Notes under the pieces: generated by a model | Told to the model about the DNA's origin: nothing | What the model saw: the letters and a program-made list of their open reading frames with translations, nothing else | Databases searched by the model: none | Source: a virus | Taxonomy: Duplodnaviria > Caudoviricetes | Length of the DNA stretch: 64,000 nucleotides | Reading direction: 5' to 3' (one strand) | Virus record (IMG/VR): IMGVR_UViG_3300010275_000472 | Coordinates: 6,276 to 70,275 of that record | Shown: positions 55,491 to 64,000 of the stretch, piece after piece | Position numbering within the stretch: the stretch's first letter is position 1 | Layout of the letters: every line of letters starts with the position of its first letter | Program-made: the position numbers and the translations under genes

Positions 55491-56094
55491 CCTGCTGCTG
55501 GACGAGTTGCCCACCCGGTGGCACGGACACGAAATTATCCCGGATTTCCGGCCCATGGTCTGGCTGGTCAACACCTACGTGCGCGGCCAGACAGGAGATG
55601 ACCCCATCGGTTTTGCGGTCAGCGCCCTCTGGCGTTTTTACAAAGACCCACACTGTTTTCTGAACGACCCTCAGAAGATCATCGATGCCTACGGGCACAT
55701 GATTGAGTTTTACAAGGCAGGCGAGAAAAAGGCTGAATGTGCTGAATCTGAGAGCGGCAGCGCTGCTTTCTCCGGCCTTGCCTTCGATTACCAGTGTGAT
55801 GCGGGGTACATCGTGGCGGCGTTCCAGCAGGCCTACGGCATCGACCTGACCCGGGAGCGGGTGCACTGGTTCCGGTTCCGGGCGCTCTTCGCGGCCCTGC
55901 CGGAGGAGACCCTCATGGCCAAAATCATGAGCTGGCGCACCATGGATCTTTCCGAGTACGAGGGCAGTATGCGTGCCCACTACGCCGAGCTGCAGGAGCG
56001 CTTTGCCCTGCCGCCGGAGCTGAGAGGGGGTGCCGCCCGTGTCGTGTCGGTCGAAGAGCACGATGCCGCGTTCCTTGCGCGGTTCCGGCACTAG
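55483..56094 (+). CDS. Gp15-family tail protein
   Basis: DFR, FDYQCDAGYIVAAFQQAYGIDL, HWFRFRALF. Confidence 0.85.
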   Translation: MSDLLLDELPTRWHGHEIIPDFRPMVWLVNTYVRGQTGDDPIGFAVSALWRFYKDPHCFLNDPQKIIDAYGHMIEFYKAGEKKAECAESESGSAAFSGLAFDYQCDAGYIVAAFQQAYGIDLTRERVHWFRFRALFAALPEETLMAKIMSWRTMDLSEYEGSMRAHYAELQERFALPPELRGGAARVVSVEEHDAAFLARFRH

Positions 56095-56227
56095 CCGTGC
56101 CCCGGTGCCCTGCCCCTACTGTGGGCGAGCCCTGCCGGTGTGGGCAGAAACTGCCGCATCTGCCCACGGCCTGTGGGTCAAATGCAAAAATCCCGCCTGT
56201 AAGCGGGAAATAGAGATCAAGTTATAA
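56063..56227 (+). CDS. Small Zn-ribbon (Com-like) protein, start uncertain
   Basis: CPYCG...VKCKNPACK; overlaps gp15 end; no clear RBS. Confidence 0.5.
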   Translation: MPRSLRGSGTSRAPVPCPYCGRALPVWAETAASAHGLWVKCKNPACKREIEIKL

Positions 56228-56265
56228 CAGCCTGTGCCCTGTGCCCGCGCTCTTTGGAATGAGAG

Positions 56266-59200
56266 GTGGACACAGTGGCATTCGATTTTGACATTACCGG
56301 CAACACCAAACTGGACACCAACGGCTTTACCAATGGCATTTCCAGCATGACGGTGGCTGCCGGTACGCTGATTGCCGACTTTGTAAAATCGGCCACCAGC
56401 AAAATGGCCGAGCTGGTGACATCCTCAGTGGATATCGGCGCGTCCTTTGAGACAGCCCTTGCCAAGGTCAGCACTATTGCCGACACGGGCAAGGTCTCGG
56501 TGGGCGAGCTGAGCAAGCAAATTCTCGACACCTCCGACAGCATGGGCGTTGCCGCTGCAGACATTGCCGAAGCGGCCTATCAGGCCATCAGCGCAGGACA
56601 GGACACCGCAAATGCCGTGGCCTTTGCCGGACAGGCTTCCAAGCTGGCCGCTGCGGGCTTCACGTCCAGCAGTGCGGCGGTTGACATCCTGACCACCGCC
56701 CTGAATGCCTACGGCATGAGCGCAGAGCAGACCACCCACGTTTCGGATGTATTGCTGACCACCCAGAATCTAGGCAAGACCAGCGTAAACGAATTGGCGT
56801 CCAGCATGGGCAGGGTCATCCCGCTGGCTGCGGCATACGGCGTCACCGTCGAAAACCTGTCCAGCGGTCTGGCTGTTCTGACCGCCAACGGCATTGCTAC
56901 GGCAGAAGCTACCACCTACACCAAGTCCATGCTCAACGAGCTGGGCGACGCCGGTTCTACTGTCGGTAAGATTCTGCAGCAGCAAACCGGCAAGGGCTTT
57001 GCCCAGCTAAACGCCGAGGGCAAGAGCCTTGGCGACGTGCTGCAGATCCTCTACGACAGCGTGGACGGCGACAGCACTGCCTTTGCGGGTCTATGGTCGA
57101 GCGTGGAAGCAGGTACCGGTGCACTGTCGCTGGCGTCCGGCGGTGCAGAGCACTTTAACGATGTTCTCAGCCAGATGCAGAACAGCGCTGGCGCTACCGA
57201 GACCGCCTACGAGACCATGACCGACACCTTCCAGCACAAGGTGGACACCCTGCAGACGGCGGCGCAGAACCTCGGCATCACCCTGTTTGACTCGCTGGAA
57301 CCGGCGCTGTCGGATGCCGCCCAGTGGGGCACCGACTGCATCACCAAGCTGACCACCGCCCTGTCCGAGGACGGGCCGGAAGCTATGCTGGCCGCTGCCG
57401 GAGAGATCATCTCTGATCTGGCGGGCAGCATTGTCCAGCAGCTGCCCAGCCTGATGCAGTCCGGTGTGGAGATCATCGATCAGCTGGCGACTGGCATTGT
57501 GGAAGCTACACCACAGGTGTTGAGCGTGGCGGCTTCTGTGCTGGGCGCACTGGTGCAGGGCTTGAGCGAAGTGCTGCCCCAGCTGGTGGATACCGGCATT
57601 CAGATGATCTCTCAACTGGGTGAGGGGCTGAAATCCGGCCTGCCTGATCTGATGGCGCAGGCAATGCCCGTTGTTGCAGACTTTGCCAGCGGCCTGCGTG
57701 AGAATGTCGGCCAGATCGTAGACGCCGGTATCGAGCTTATCCTGAATCTGGCGCAGGGCATCGCGGATGGCCTGCCTACGCTGATCGAGTACCTGCCCGG
57801 CATCGTCTCCGATATCGCGGGCATTATCAACGACAACGCCCCCAAGCTCCTGATGGCAGGCGTGCAGCTGATCGTCACTCTGGGCAAGGGCCTGCTTCAG
57901 GCGGTTCCTACCCTCGTTGCCAACATTCCGCAGATCATTCAGGCAATCGTCGATGTGTGGAGTGCCTTCAACTGGCTCGACCTCGGCGCAAAGGCAATCA
58001 AGCTTCTCAGCAACGGTATCACTGGAATGGTTGGAGCTGTCAGCAATGCTGGCAAAAGCATTGCTGACAGCATCGTGAACGCCATCAAGAACCTTCCTGA
58101 CACGCTGGCAAACCTTGGCAAGGTCGCCATGTACGACCTGCAGGGGGCTATCACGGGCGCGATTGGTGCGTCCAAAGTGGCAGCTCTCAAAATCGTATCC
58201 GGCATCGAGACCTCGTTCAACACGCTCCCTGCCCACCTTCTCAGTATCGGCAAAAACGCGATTCAGGGTCTCATCAACGGCATCGCCGAGATGGCGGGCG
58301 CCGTTGTAAAATCCATCACCGGTGTGGTCAGCGGCACCGTCAACACCGCTAAGGGCATTCTCGGCATCCACTCCCCGTCCAAAGTCTTTGACGAGATCGG
58401 CTTGAACATCTGCAGGGGTCTTGCTGAAGGTCTGACCATCAACGCACCCCTCGCCGAAGACGCTGCAAAACAGGTCGTCGCTTCTGTCACCAGCACGACC
58501 GAAGCTCTGACCGGCTCGATGCAGACCGTGACAGAGACGGTCACGGAAATCCTCAAGGACGGCACCACCCAACAGAAGCAGGTCATCACCGAGGTCTACG
58601 ACGACGTGGTGGACGGTGCCCTTGTGACCATCGAGCGGGTCAAGACCATCGCCGCCGACGGCACTGTACAGGTGGCTGAGCAGGTCAAAAAATCCAGCGC
58701 GGACACCTTCGACGGCCTGTGGAAGGAGCTGCAGACCGAAGCGGACGCCGGCGTGCTGGGCACCTTCGATGATCTGTACACCGCCGTCAAAAATCAGGAC
58801 TGGCTCTCCGTCGGCAAGTGGGTCGCAAACACCATCTACAGCGGCCTGACCGCCGACCAGAAGCAGCAGGTGCAGTCCTTCGCCCTCGGCATCGTGGACA
58901 AACTCAACGCGGCGCTGGGCGGTGCCCGGGACAAGCTGGTGCAGGGCGCCATCGACCTCGGCACCCAGATCTGCAGCGGCCTGACCGGCGGCTTCTCTGA
59001 GGTCTGGCAGCAGGCGCAGGGCCTCGGCTCCACCCTCGTCTCGGTCTTTCAGGGCCTGCAGGGGCCGCTGAGCACGGCGGCTCTCGCCATCAGTCAGGGC
59101 CTGAGCGGCGGTCTGCTGTCCAGCTTCCCCGCCATTTTTGCGGGCGTGGCTTCCCTCGTCGGCACCATCGGTGCGGCCTTTGAGGGCCTGTTGGCCGCCA

Positions 59201-59697
59201 TCTCCGCCGCCCTGAGTGCGACCATCTTTGGCATCCCGATGGGCCTTGTGGTGGCCGCAGCCGCCGTTGCGCTGGGCATTGCCATTGCGGCCATCTGCTC
59301 CCGTCTGGGCGGCAGTAAAAAGAGCAGCGGCGTGTCCGGCGGCGGCTCTTCGGGCGGTGGCGGCGGCTCCGGCAGCATGGGCAGCGTGGACATCACCACC
59401 GGCACCGGCAGCCTTGAGGACGCCATCAACGCCAACACCAAGGCGCTGGAAAAGACGAACTCCGCCCTTGCCGACATGATCCGGCAGGCGGGGGCTCTGG
59501 TGCTGTCTGACAACATGCGCCTCGGCTCCACCGTGGCCGCTTCCGGTACCGCGCAGGTGGTGTCCGCTGCAAACAGCTACCGCCGGGAGGGCGACACCAA
59601 CATCATCCAGAACTTCTACAACGGCCACGATACCGCCGCCGCACAGCAGCGGGAAGCCCGCTGGGAGGCCGACATGGCCCGCCGTCAGCGCCGATGA
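56266..59697 (+). CDS. Tape measure protein
   Basis: 1143 aa Ala/Gly-rich, TP901-type core, amphipathic repeats. Confidence 0.93.
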   Translation: MDTVAFDFDITGNTKLDTNGFTNGISSMTVAAGTLIADFVKSATSKMAELVTSSVDIGASFETALAKVSTIADTGKVSVGELSKQILDTSDSMGVAAADIAEAAYQAISAGQDTANAVAFAGQASKLAAAGFTSSSAAVDILTTALNAYGMSAEQTTHVSDVLLTTQNLGKTSVNELASSMGRVIPLAAAYGVTVENLSSGLAVLTANGIATAEATTYTKSMLNELGDAGSTVGKILQQQTGKGFAQLNAEGKSLGDVLQILYDSVDGDSTAFAGLWSSVEAGTGALSLASGGAEHFNDVLSQMQNSAGATETAYETMTDTFQHKVDTLQTAAQNLGITLFDSLEPALSDAAQWGTDCITKLTTALSEDGPEAMLAAAGEIISDLAGSIVQQLPSLMQSGVEIIDQLATGIVEATPQVLSVAASVLGALVQGLSEVLPQLVDTGIQMISQLGEGLKSGLPDLMAQAMPVVADFASGLRENVGQIVDAGIELILNLAQGIADGLPTLIEYLPGIVSDIAGIINDNAPKLLMAGVQLIVTLGKGLLQAVPTLVANIPQIIQAIVDVWSAFNWLDLGAKAIKLLSNGITGMVGAVSNAGKSIADSIVNAIKNLPDTLANLGKVAMYDLQGAITGAIGASKVAALKIVSGIETSFNTLPAHLLSIGKNAIQGLINGIAEMAGAVVKSITGVVSGTVNTAKGILGIHSPSKVFDEIGLNICRGLAEGLTINAPLAEDAAKQVVASVTSTTEALTGSMQTVTETVTEILKDGTTQQKQVITEVYDDVVDGALVTIERVKTIAADGTVQVAEQVKKSSADTFDGLWKELQTEADAGVLGTFDDLYTAVKNQDWLSVGKWVANTIYSGLTADQKQQVQSFALGIVDKLNAALGGARDKLVQGAIDLGTQICSGLTGGFSEVWQQAQGLGSTLVSVFQGLQGPLSTAALAISQGLSGGLLSSFPAIFAGVASLVGTIGAAFEGLLAAISAALSATIFGIPMGLVVAAAAVALGIAIAAICSRLGGSKKSSGVSGGGSSGGGGGSGSMGSVDITTGTGSLEDAINANTKALEKTNSALADMIRQAGALVLSDNMRLGSTVAASGTAQVVSAANSYRREGDTNIIQNFYNGHDTAAAQQREARWEADMARRQRR

Positions 59698-59709
59698 AAG
59701 GAGGACGCC

Positions 59710-60573
59710 GTGCTTTTTAAGGATCATCTCAAGATCGTCACAGACGCCGGTGCCGTCCTGCATCTGGGCTGGGACTACGATGCCCCCTACTTTCTCGACC
59801 CGCTGAACGGCGTGGATGTGGACCTGCAGACCGCGCAGGGCATCCATCAGGTCGGTGCCACCGTGGAGGGACAGAGCGTCTCCGGCGTGTCCCGCACCCT
59901 CGATGTGGTGTTCTGGGGCGCATACGCGCTGGACAATGCCCGGGCGTTCAGCAAAAAACTGCCCTACTTCACCAAGGGCACCCTGTACTTCGGCGACCAT
60001 TATTTCACCCGCTTTGTGCTGCAGAAAACGCCCTACTTTTCCAGCTACACGCCGCAGCCGCGCTGTTCGCTCATGCTCTACAGCGAAAAGCCCTTCTGGT
60101 ACGACCTCAACGCCGTCAGCAGCGTGCTGGGCGGGTACGAGAAAGCGTTCTGCTTCCCCGTCTGCTACGACAGCCACATCTACGGCATCAAGCGGGACGG
60201 CACGGCGGCGGTGCTGCGCAACGAGGGCAGCCTGCCGGTACCCTTCACGGCCACCCTGCGGTGCGACATGCCGGTGACCCACCCCAAGGTGGTGGACCTG
60301 CAGACCGGGGCCTTCATCGGCTTCGACCTGACCTTGCAGCCGGACGAAACGCTGGAAATTTACCGCTCCACCTCCGACCGGCTGGCCTGCACCCTGACCC
60401 GGGCAGGCGTGACCGAGAACATCTTTGCAAAGCTGGACGAGGACAGCACCCTCACCGAGCTGCAGCCCGGCGATAACGTGCTGAGTATGCAGGCGGAGAA
60501 CGGCTCCGGCTACCTGCAGGCATCCGTCAGCTTTTACCCGATGGAGGCGGGCATCCTGCCCGAACCGCTATGA
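59710..60573 (+). CDS. Distal tail protein (Dit)
   Basis: After TMP; EKPFWY, LQPGDN motifs. Confidence 0.8.
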   Translation: MLFKDHLKIVTDAGAVLHLGWDYDAPYFLDPLNGVDVDLQTAQGIHQVGATVEGQSVSGVSRTLDVVFWGAYALDNARAFSKKLPYFTKGTLYFGDHYFTRFVLQKTPYFSSYTPQPRCSLMLYSEKPFWYDLNAVSSVLGGYEKAFCFPVCYDSHIYGIKRDGTAAVLRNEGSLPVPFTATLRCDMPVTHPKVVDLQTGAFIGFDLTLQPDETLEIYRSTSDRLACTLTRAGVTENIFAKLDEDSTLTELQPGDNVLSMQAENGSGYLQASVSFYPMEAGILPEPL

Positions 60574-61577
60574 GACTGGACGTTTTAGAAGCAGAGACCC
60601 TTGCCCGCGTGGGCTGGGTGGACGTGTGGGTGTCCCTCTACTGGGACAGCCCCTATTACTCCGAGGGCAGTTTTACCCTTGAGGTACGGCCCACCACCGA
60701 GAATCTGCAGCTTTTGCAGGAGGGCCGCTGGCTGGTGCGCAGCGACGAGAACCCCCGCATCCCCATGCGCATCTGCTCCCGCGCCAACCAGAACGAGGAC
60801 GCAAACCTTGTGGTGTCCGGCTACCCGGCAACGTGGCTGCTGACCAAGCGGGTGTCTGCGGTGAGCATCAAGAACCAGAACGCCGAAGCCGCCATGCGGG
60901 CGCTGGTGTCAGCGGCAAAGCCGTGGCCCCGGCTTGAGCTGGGCACCGCGTACGGCTTTGACACCACCTTTGAAAAGCAGACCTCCGGCGGCACGGTGTT
61001 CGACTACTGCCAGACCATCGGGCAGGCCTGTGATCTGGGGTTCCGGGTCATTCTGGACGGCACCGGCAGCAGCAAAAAACTGCTGTTCGAATGCTTCCGG
61101 CCCACCTTCGACCCGAACCGCCGCTACAGCCCCCAGTGGGGCAACCTGCGCAACGCCGGGTGGAGCTTTGCCGACACCAACTACGCCAACGTGGCCCTTG
61201 TGCAGGGCGCTGGCGAGGGCGACGAGCGGGCTACCGTCTGGGTGGGCGACGTGGACGCCACCGGCTCCGACCGGCGGGAAATGTACATCGACGCCCGGGA
61301 CGTGCAGCCGGAGGACGGCGAGACCAGCACCAGCCGGAGCTATCTGGAAAAGCTGGCCGACCGGGGCGGCGAAAAGCTGCTGAGCCAGCTGCGCACCGGA
61401 AGCATTGAGTTTGACGTGGACGATGACACCCTGCAGGTGGGCGACGTGCTGAGCGCAAGCCTGCCCCAGCTGGGCTACACCGCCATGGTGCGGGTGGCCG
61501 ACATCATCACCCAGAGCGAGGACAGCGGCACCACCCGCACCATCCGGCTGGGCACGCCCACATGGCACAAGACCTGA
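60570..61577 (+). CDS. Baseplate hub (ReqiPepy6 Gp37-like)
   Basis: YANVALVQGAGEG, RREMYIDARD. Confidence 0.8.
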   Translation: MRLDVLEAETLARVGWVDVWVSLYWDSPYYSEGSFTLEVRPTTENLQLLQEGRWLVRSDENPRIPMRICSRANQNEDANLVVSGYPATWLLTKRVSAVSIKNQNAEAAMRALVSAAKPWPRLELGTAYGFDTTFEKQTSGGTVFDYCQTIGQACDLGFRVILDGTGSSKKLLFECFRPTFDPNRRYSPQWGNLRNAGWSFADTNYANVALVQGAGEGDERATVWVGDVDATGSDRREMYIDARDVQPEDGETSTSRSYLEKLADRGGEKLLSQLRTGSIEFDVDDDTLQVGDVLSASLPQLGYTAMVRVADIITQSEDSGTTRTIRLGTPTWHKT

Positions 61578-61588
61578 AGGAGGACTTT

Positions 61589-62872
61589 ATGGCCGATATC
61601 ATTACTTACCCCGAAAATGGCATCACCTACGATGCCGACGACGCTTCCGGCTACCTTGCCACCCGCCTGAGCGGCGTGTACAGCGCCGAGGAGGATTTCT
61701 CCGTCACGGCACAGGGCGGCCTGAGCGTACAGGTGAGTGCCGGTCAGGCATGGGTGCGCCCGGCGCGGTTCAAGGGCCGCAGCATCATCATGGCGCAGCC
61801 CGAGACCTTGGTCCTGACCGCAGCCGACGCCGTGCGCAGCCGCATTGACCGGGTGGTGCTGCGCTACGACGCCGCCGCCAAAAAGACCCGCCTTGTGGTG
61901 CTGGACGGTACCCCGGACTCCGCTGCCCCTGCGGCCCCGGACATCTCCCGTACCGAGCTGGCCTACGACCTCTGCCTTGCCGAGATCAGACGCCCCGCAG
62001 GCAGCACCGCCGTCACCGCCGCCGACATCACCGACACCCGCGCGGATGAAACCGTCTGCGGCGTCATGCGGGACGGCGTGACGGGGATCCCGGCCGCAAC
62101 GCTGATCCAGCGCCTGCGGGCCGAGATCGACAAGCTGGACAAGGGCAGCTTCTACGATAAGACCGAGGTGGACACACTGCTGAATTCATTGCAGGAGCAG
62201 ATGTCAAAGATGGGGGCAAGCGGGCAGCCCGTGGTGGTGTGGAGCTTCGGCGCTAAGGTTGACAGAGGTGCAACTAAAACCACCACCGTCGCTGATAATG
62301 TTGATTATCTGATTTTTAGTACGACTTATGCTGGCAGCAGTAGTCTGGTCGTCCTGCGCGGCAAAAGCGTCACTTGGGGCTCGATGAAAGTCACGTTTGC
62401 TCAAAACGGTACACTGACCATACGCAACAGCAGTGACGGCGGTTACGGCGATCCAATCTATTTTACCGGCTACCACTACCTTACCCCCAGCGACGGCGCG
62501 AAATCGCCGTACATCGTGGACGTACTGCAGAATAGTTCCAGCAACAAAACTCTTACAGTGGACAGCTCTGTAGATTATATTGAGGCAGACGGGCAGTATA
62601 TCGCACGAGGAACGCCGACCGGCAGCGATCCGAGCTTCTCAAGCGAAGGAGCGATCACGCTCCACTATACATCTGCTAACTCAAACGGCTACAAATATTA
62701 CCCTACGACAATCATCCTTTATCACCTGATTACCCCCGAAGAGCTGAACAACAAAAACGTCGCTGCACAGGCCGCACAGGCCGACGCGGACGCGCTGAAC
62801 CTTGACCAGGACTACCGCCTGACTCTTCTGGAGCTGGGCGTGACCGATGATGAAACAACTGAAACCGCATGA
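61589..62872 (+). CDS. Upper baseplate / receptor-binding protein
   Basis: Conserved N-terminus (RIDRVVLR, RADETVCG) and an AT-richer variable C-terminal half. Confidence 0.75.
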   Translation: MADIITYPENGITYDADDASGYLATRLSGVYSAEEDFSVTAQGGLSVQVSAGQAWVRPARFKGRSIIMAQPETLVLTAADAVRSRIDRVVLRYDAAAKKTRLVVLDGTPDSAAPAAPDISRTELAYDLCLAEIRRPAGSTAVTAADITDTRADETVCGVMRDGVTGIPAATLIQRLRAEIDKLDKGSFYDKTEVDTLLNSLQEQMSKMGASGQPVVVWSFGAKVDRGATKTTTVADNVDYLIFSTTYAGSSSLVVLRGKSVTWGSMKVTFAQNGTLTIRNSSDGGYGDPIYFTGYHYLTPSDGAKSPYIVDVLQNSSSNKTLTVDSSVDYIEADGQYIARGTPTGSDPSFSSEGAITLHYTSANSNGYKYYPTTIILYHLITPEELNNKNVAAQAAQADADALNLDQDYRLTLLELGVTDDETTETA

Positions 62873-62891
62873 ACAGAAAGGAAGGACTCCT

Positions 62892-63044
62892 ATGGCACTT
62901 TATAACACCTGCAAACGCATGATCGAGCGCGGCCTGACCTCCGGCCTGGCAAAGAAACTGGATATCTTCTACGCCGCCGCCAAGCTGACCGATGAGCAGT
63001 ATGCCGAGCTGACCGAGATGCTGACCGAAAAGACCAGCGCCTGA
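62892..63044 (+). CDS. XkdX-like small protein
   Basis: KLDIFYAAAKLTDEQYAEL. Confidence 0.75.
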   Translation: MALYNTCKRMIERGLTSGLAKKLDIFYAAAKLTDEQYAELTEMLTEKTSA

Positions 63045-63070
63045 TCGGGCCGAAAAAGGACGTGATACAT

Positions 63071-63484
63071 ATGGCGATCAAACAGTACAGCCTGAAGAGG
63101 GACGGCGCAAAGCAGCTCTCTCCCGCATTCCGCGTGCGGGAGTTCCGTTGCCGCGACGGCACCGACACCATCCTCATTGACGAGGGCCTTGTGGTGCTGC
63201 TGCAGTGCATCCGGGAGCACTTCGGCAAGCCGGTGACCATCACCAGCGGCTACCGCACCGCCAGCCACAACACGAGGGTGGGCGGCTCTAAATCCAGCCA
63301 GCACCTGCTGGGCCGTGCCGCGGACATTCAGGTGCAGGACACCGACCCGCTGGCCGTGACCGCCTACGCCGAAAGCCTGATGCCGGACTGGGGCGGCGTT
63401 GGCCGCTATCCCGTCAAGGCAGGCCGGGCCAAGGGCTGGGTGCACGTGGACACCCGCCCGAACAAGAGCCGGTGGACGCTGTGA
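63071..63484 (+). CDS. Endolysin, peptidase M15 family
   Basis: ITSGYR, SQHLLGRAADI, WVHVDTR; no cell-wall-binding domain. Confidence 0.88.
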   Translation: MAIKQYSLKRDGAKQLSPAFRVREFRCRDGTDTILIDEGLVVLLQCIREHFGKPVTITSGYRTASHNTRVGGSKSSQHLLGRAADIQVQDTDPLAVTAYAESLMPDWGGVGRYPVKAGRAKGWVHVDTRPNKSRWTL

Positions 63485-63497
63485 GGGGGTGAGACCA

Positions 63498-63737
63498 GTG
63501 GAAAGCATCATCTCAGCCATCCTTGCCGGTGCGGTGACCCTGATCGGCGTGCTGATCGCCAACAGCCGCAGTCAGGCCGTGACCGACACCAAGCTGGAAG
63601 AGCTGACCCGCGAGGTGCGGGAGCACAACAATTTTGCCCGCCGCGTCCCCATTTTGGAAGAGCAGATGAAGGTGGCCAACCACCGCATCGCTGATTTAGA
63701 AGCAGACGAACACGAAAGAGAAAGGACCCAACTATGA
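63498..63737 (+). CDS. Small membrane protein of the lysis module
   Basis: GTG start; N-terminal TM plus coiled coil. Confidence 0.7.
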   Translation: MESIISAILAGAVTLIGVLIANSRSQAVTDTKLEELTREVREHNNFARRVPILEEQMKVANHRIADLEADEHERERTQL

Positions 63738-64000
63738 ACGCACACACCTACAACGCACCCACTATCTCCGCAGGCACCATTGCCCGCACCGCCTGCCTGC
63801 TGCTGGCCCTGACCAATCAGGTGCTCAGCGCCTGCGGCAAGCCCGTGCTGCCCATCGAGAGCCAGACCGTGGAGCAGCTGGTCACCGCCGGCATCACCAC
63901 CGTTGCCGCGCTGGTCGCGTGGTGGAAGAACAACAGCTTCACTACCGCAGCCCTTCAGGCAGACCAGACCTACGACAAGCTGAAGGCACAGGGAAAGTAA
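63734..64000 (+). CDS. Holin, SPP1 family
   Basis: GTIARTACLLLALTNQVL, WWKNNSFT. Confidence 0.88.
   Translation: MNAHTYNAPTISAGTIARTACLLLALTNQVLSACGKPVLPIESQTVEQLVTAGITTVAALVAWWKNNSFTTAALQADQTYDKLKAQGK

Larger units (their letters stand above)
29217..64000 (+). mobile_element. Prophage 2, A118-like siphovirus (right end outside window)
   Basis: Ordered integrase, immunity, replication, packaging, head, tail and lysis modules. Confidence 0.95.

Noticed and set aside
57950-58500. Slight codon/GC shift inside the tape measure gene
   Set aside because: Frame is intact and mosaicism in TMPs is ordinary; the shift could not be quantified by eye
38517-60282. Long - strand ORFs (e.g. 42428..44827, 47207..48655, 57091..60282)
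   Set aside because: Antisense shadows of the prophage 2 + strand genes
1-64000. CRISPR array, DGR/retron reverse transcriptase, rRNA
   Set aside because: I saw no regularly spaced repeats, no YxDD RT ORF and no rRNA-like sequence

Overview
GC-rich (roughly 60% by eye) Bacillota DNA, most likely Faecalibacterium/Oscillospiraceae (inferred from gene content and a REP-like element). The window is almost entirely two unrelated prophages lying integrase-to-integrase, separated by about 165 bp of host DNA that carries the 3' ends and terminators of two convergent tRNAs. Prophage 1 (<1 to ~29051, lytic genes on the - strand) is podovirus-like and integrated at tRNA-Thr(CGT). It has a tyrosine integrase, a RelE-type TA pair, a cI/cro switch, an HUH rolling-circle Rep, terminases, portal, a Prp protease fused to the scaffold, an N4-gp56-type capsid, ejection-type proteins and a >2390-aa polyvalent protein (zincin HExxH plus two MuF-C domains) that the ORF track misses because it runs off the left edge. 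Prophage 2 (~29217 to >64000, lytic genes on the + strand) is an A118-like siphovirus integrated at a probable tRNA-Leu. It has integrase, RhuM, an S24 repressor, Rha, Sak4-like ATPase, RecU-like resolvase, SF2 helicase, SSB, primase-helicase, a head module with a JAB-like domain on the minor capsid protein, a tRNA-Lys(UUU), tail genes and lysis genes. The most unusual signals are perfect in-frame DNA palindromes just after the HTH of three DNA-binding genes, a homologous covarying antisense sRNA shared by both phages, antisense RNA plus leader-ORF layouts at both integrases, and three convergent 'hydrophobic peptide / reverse membrane gene' cassettes. All family assignments are from motif recognition, not database searches.
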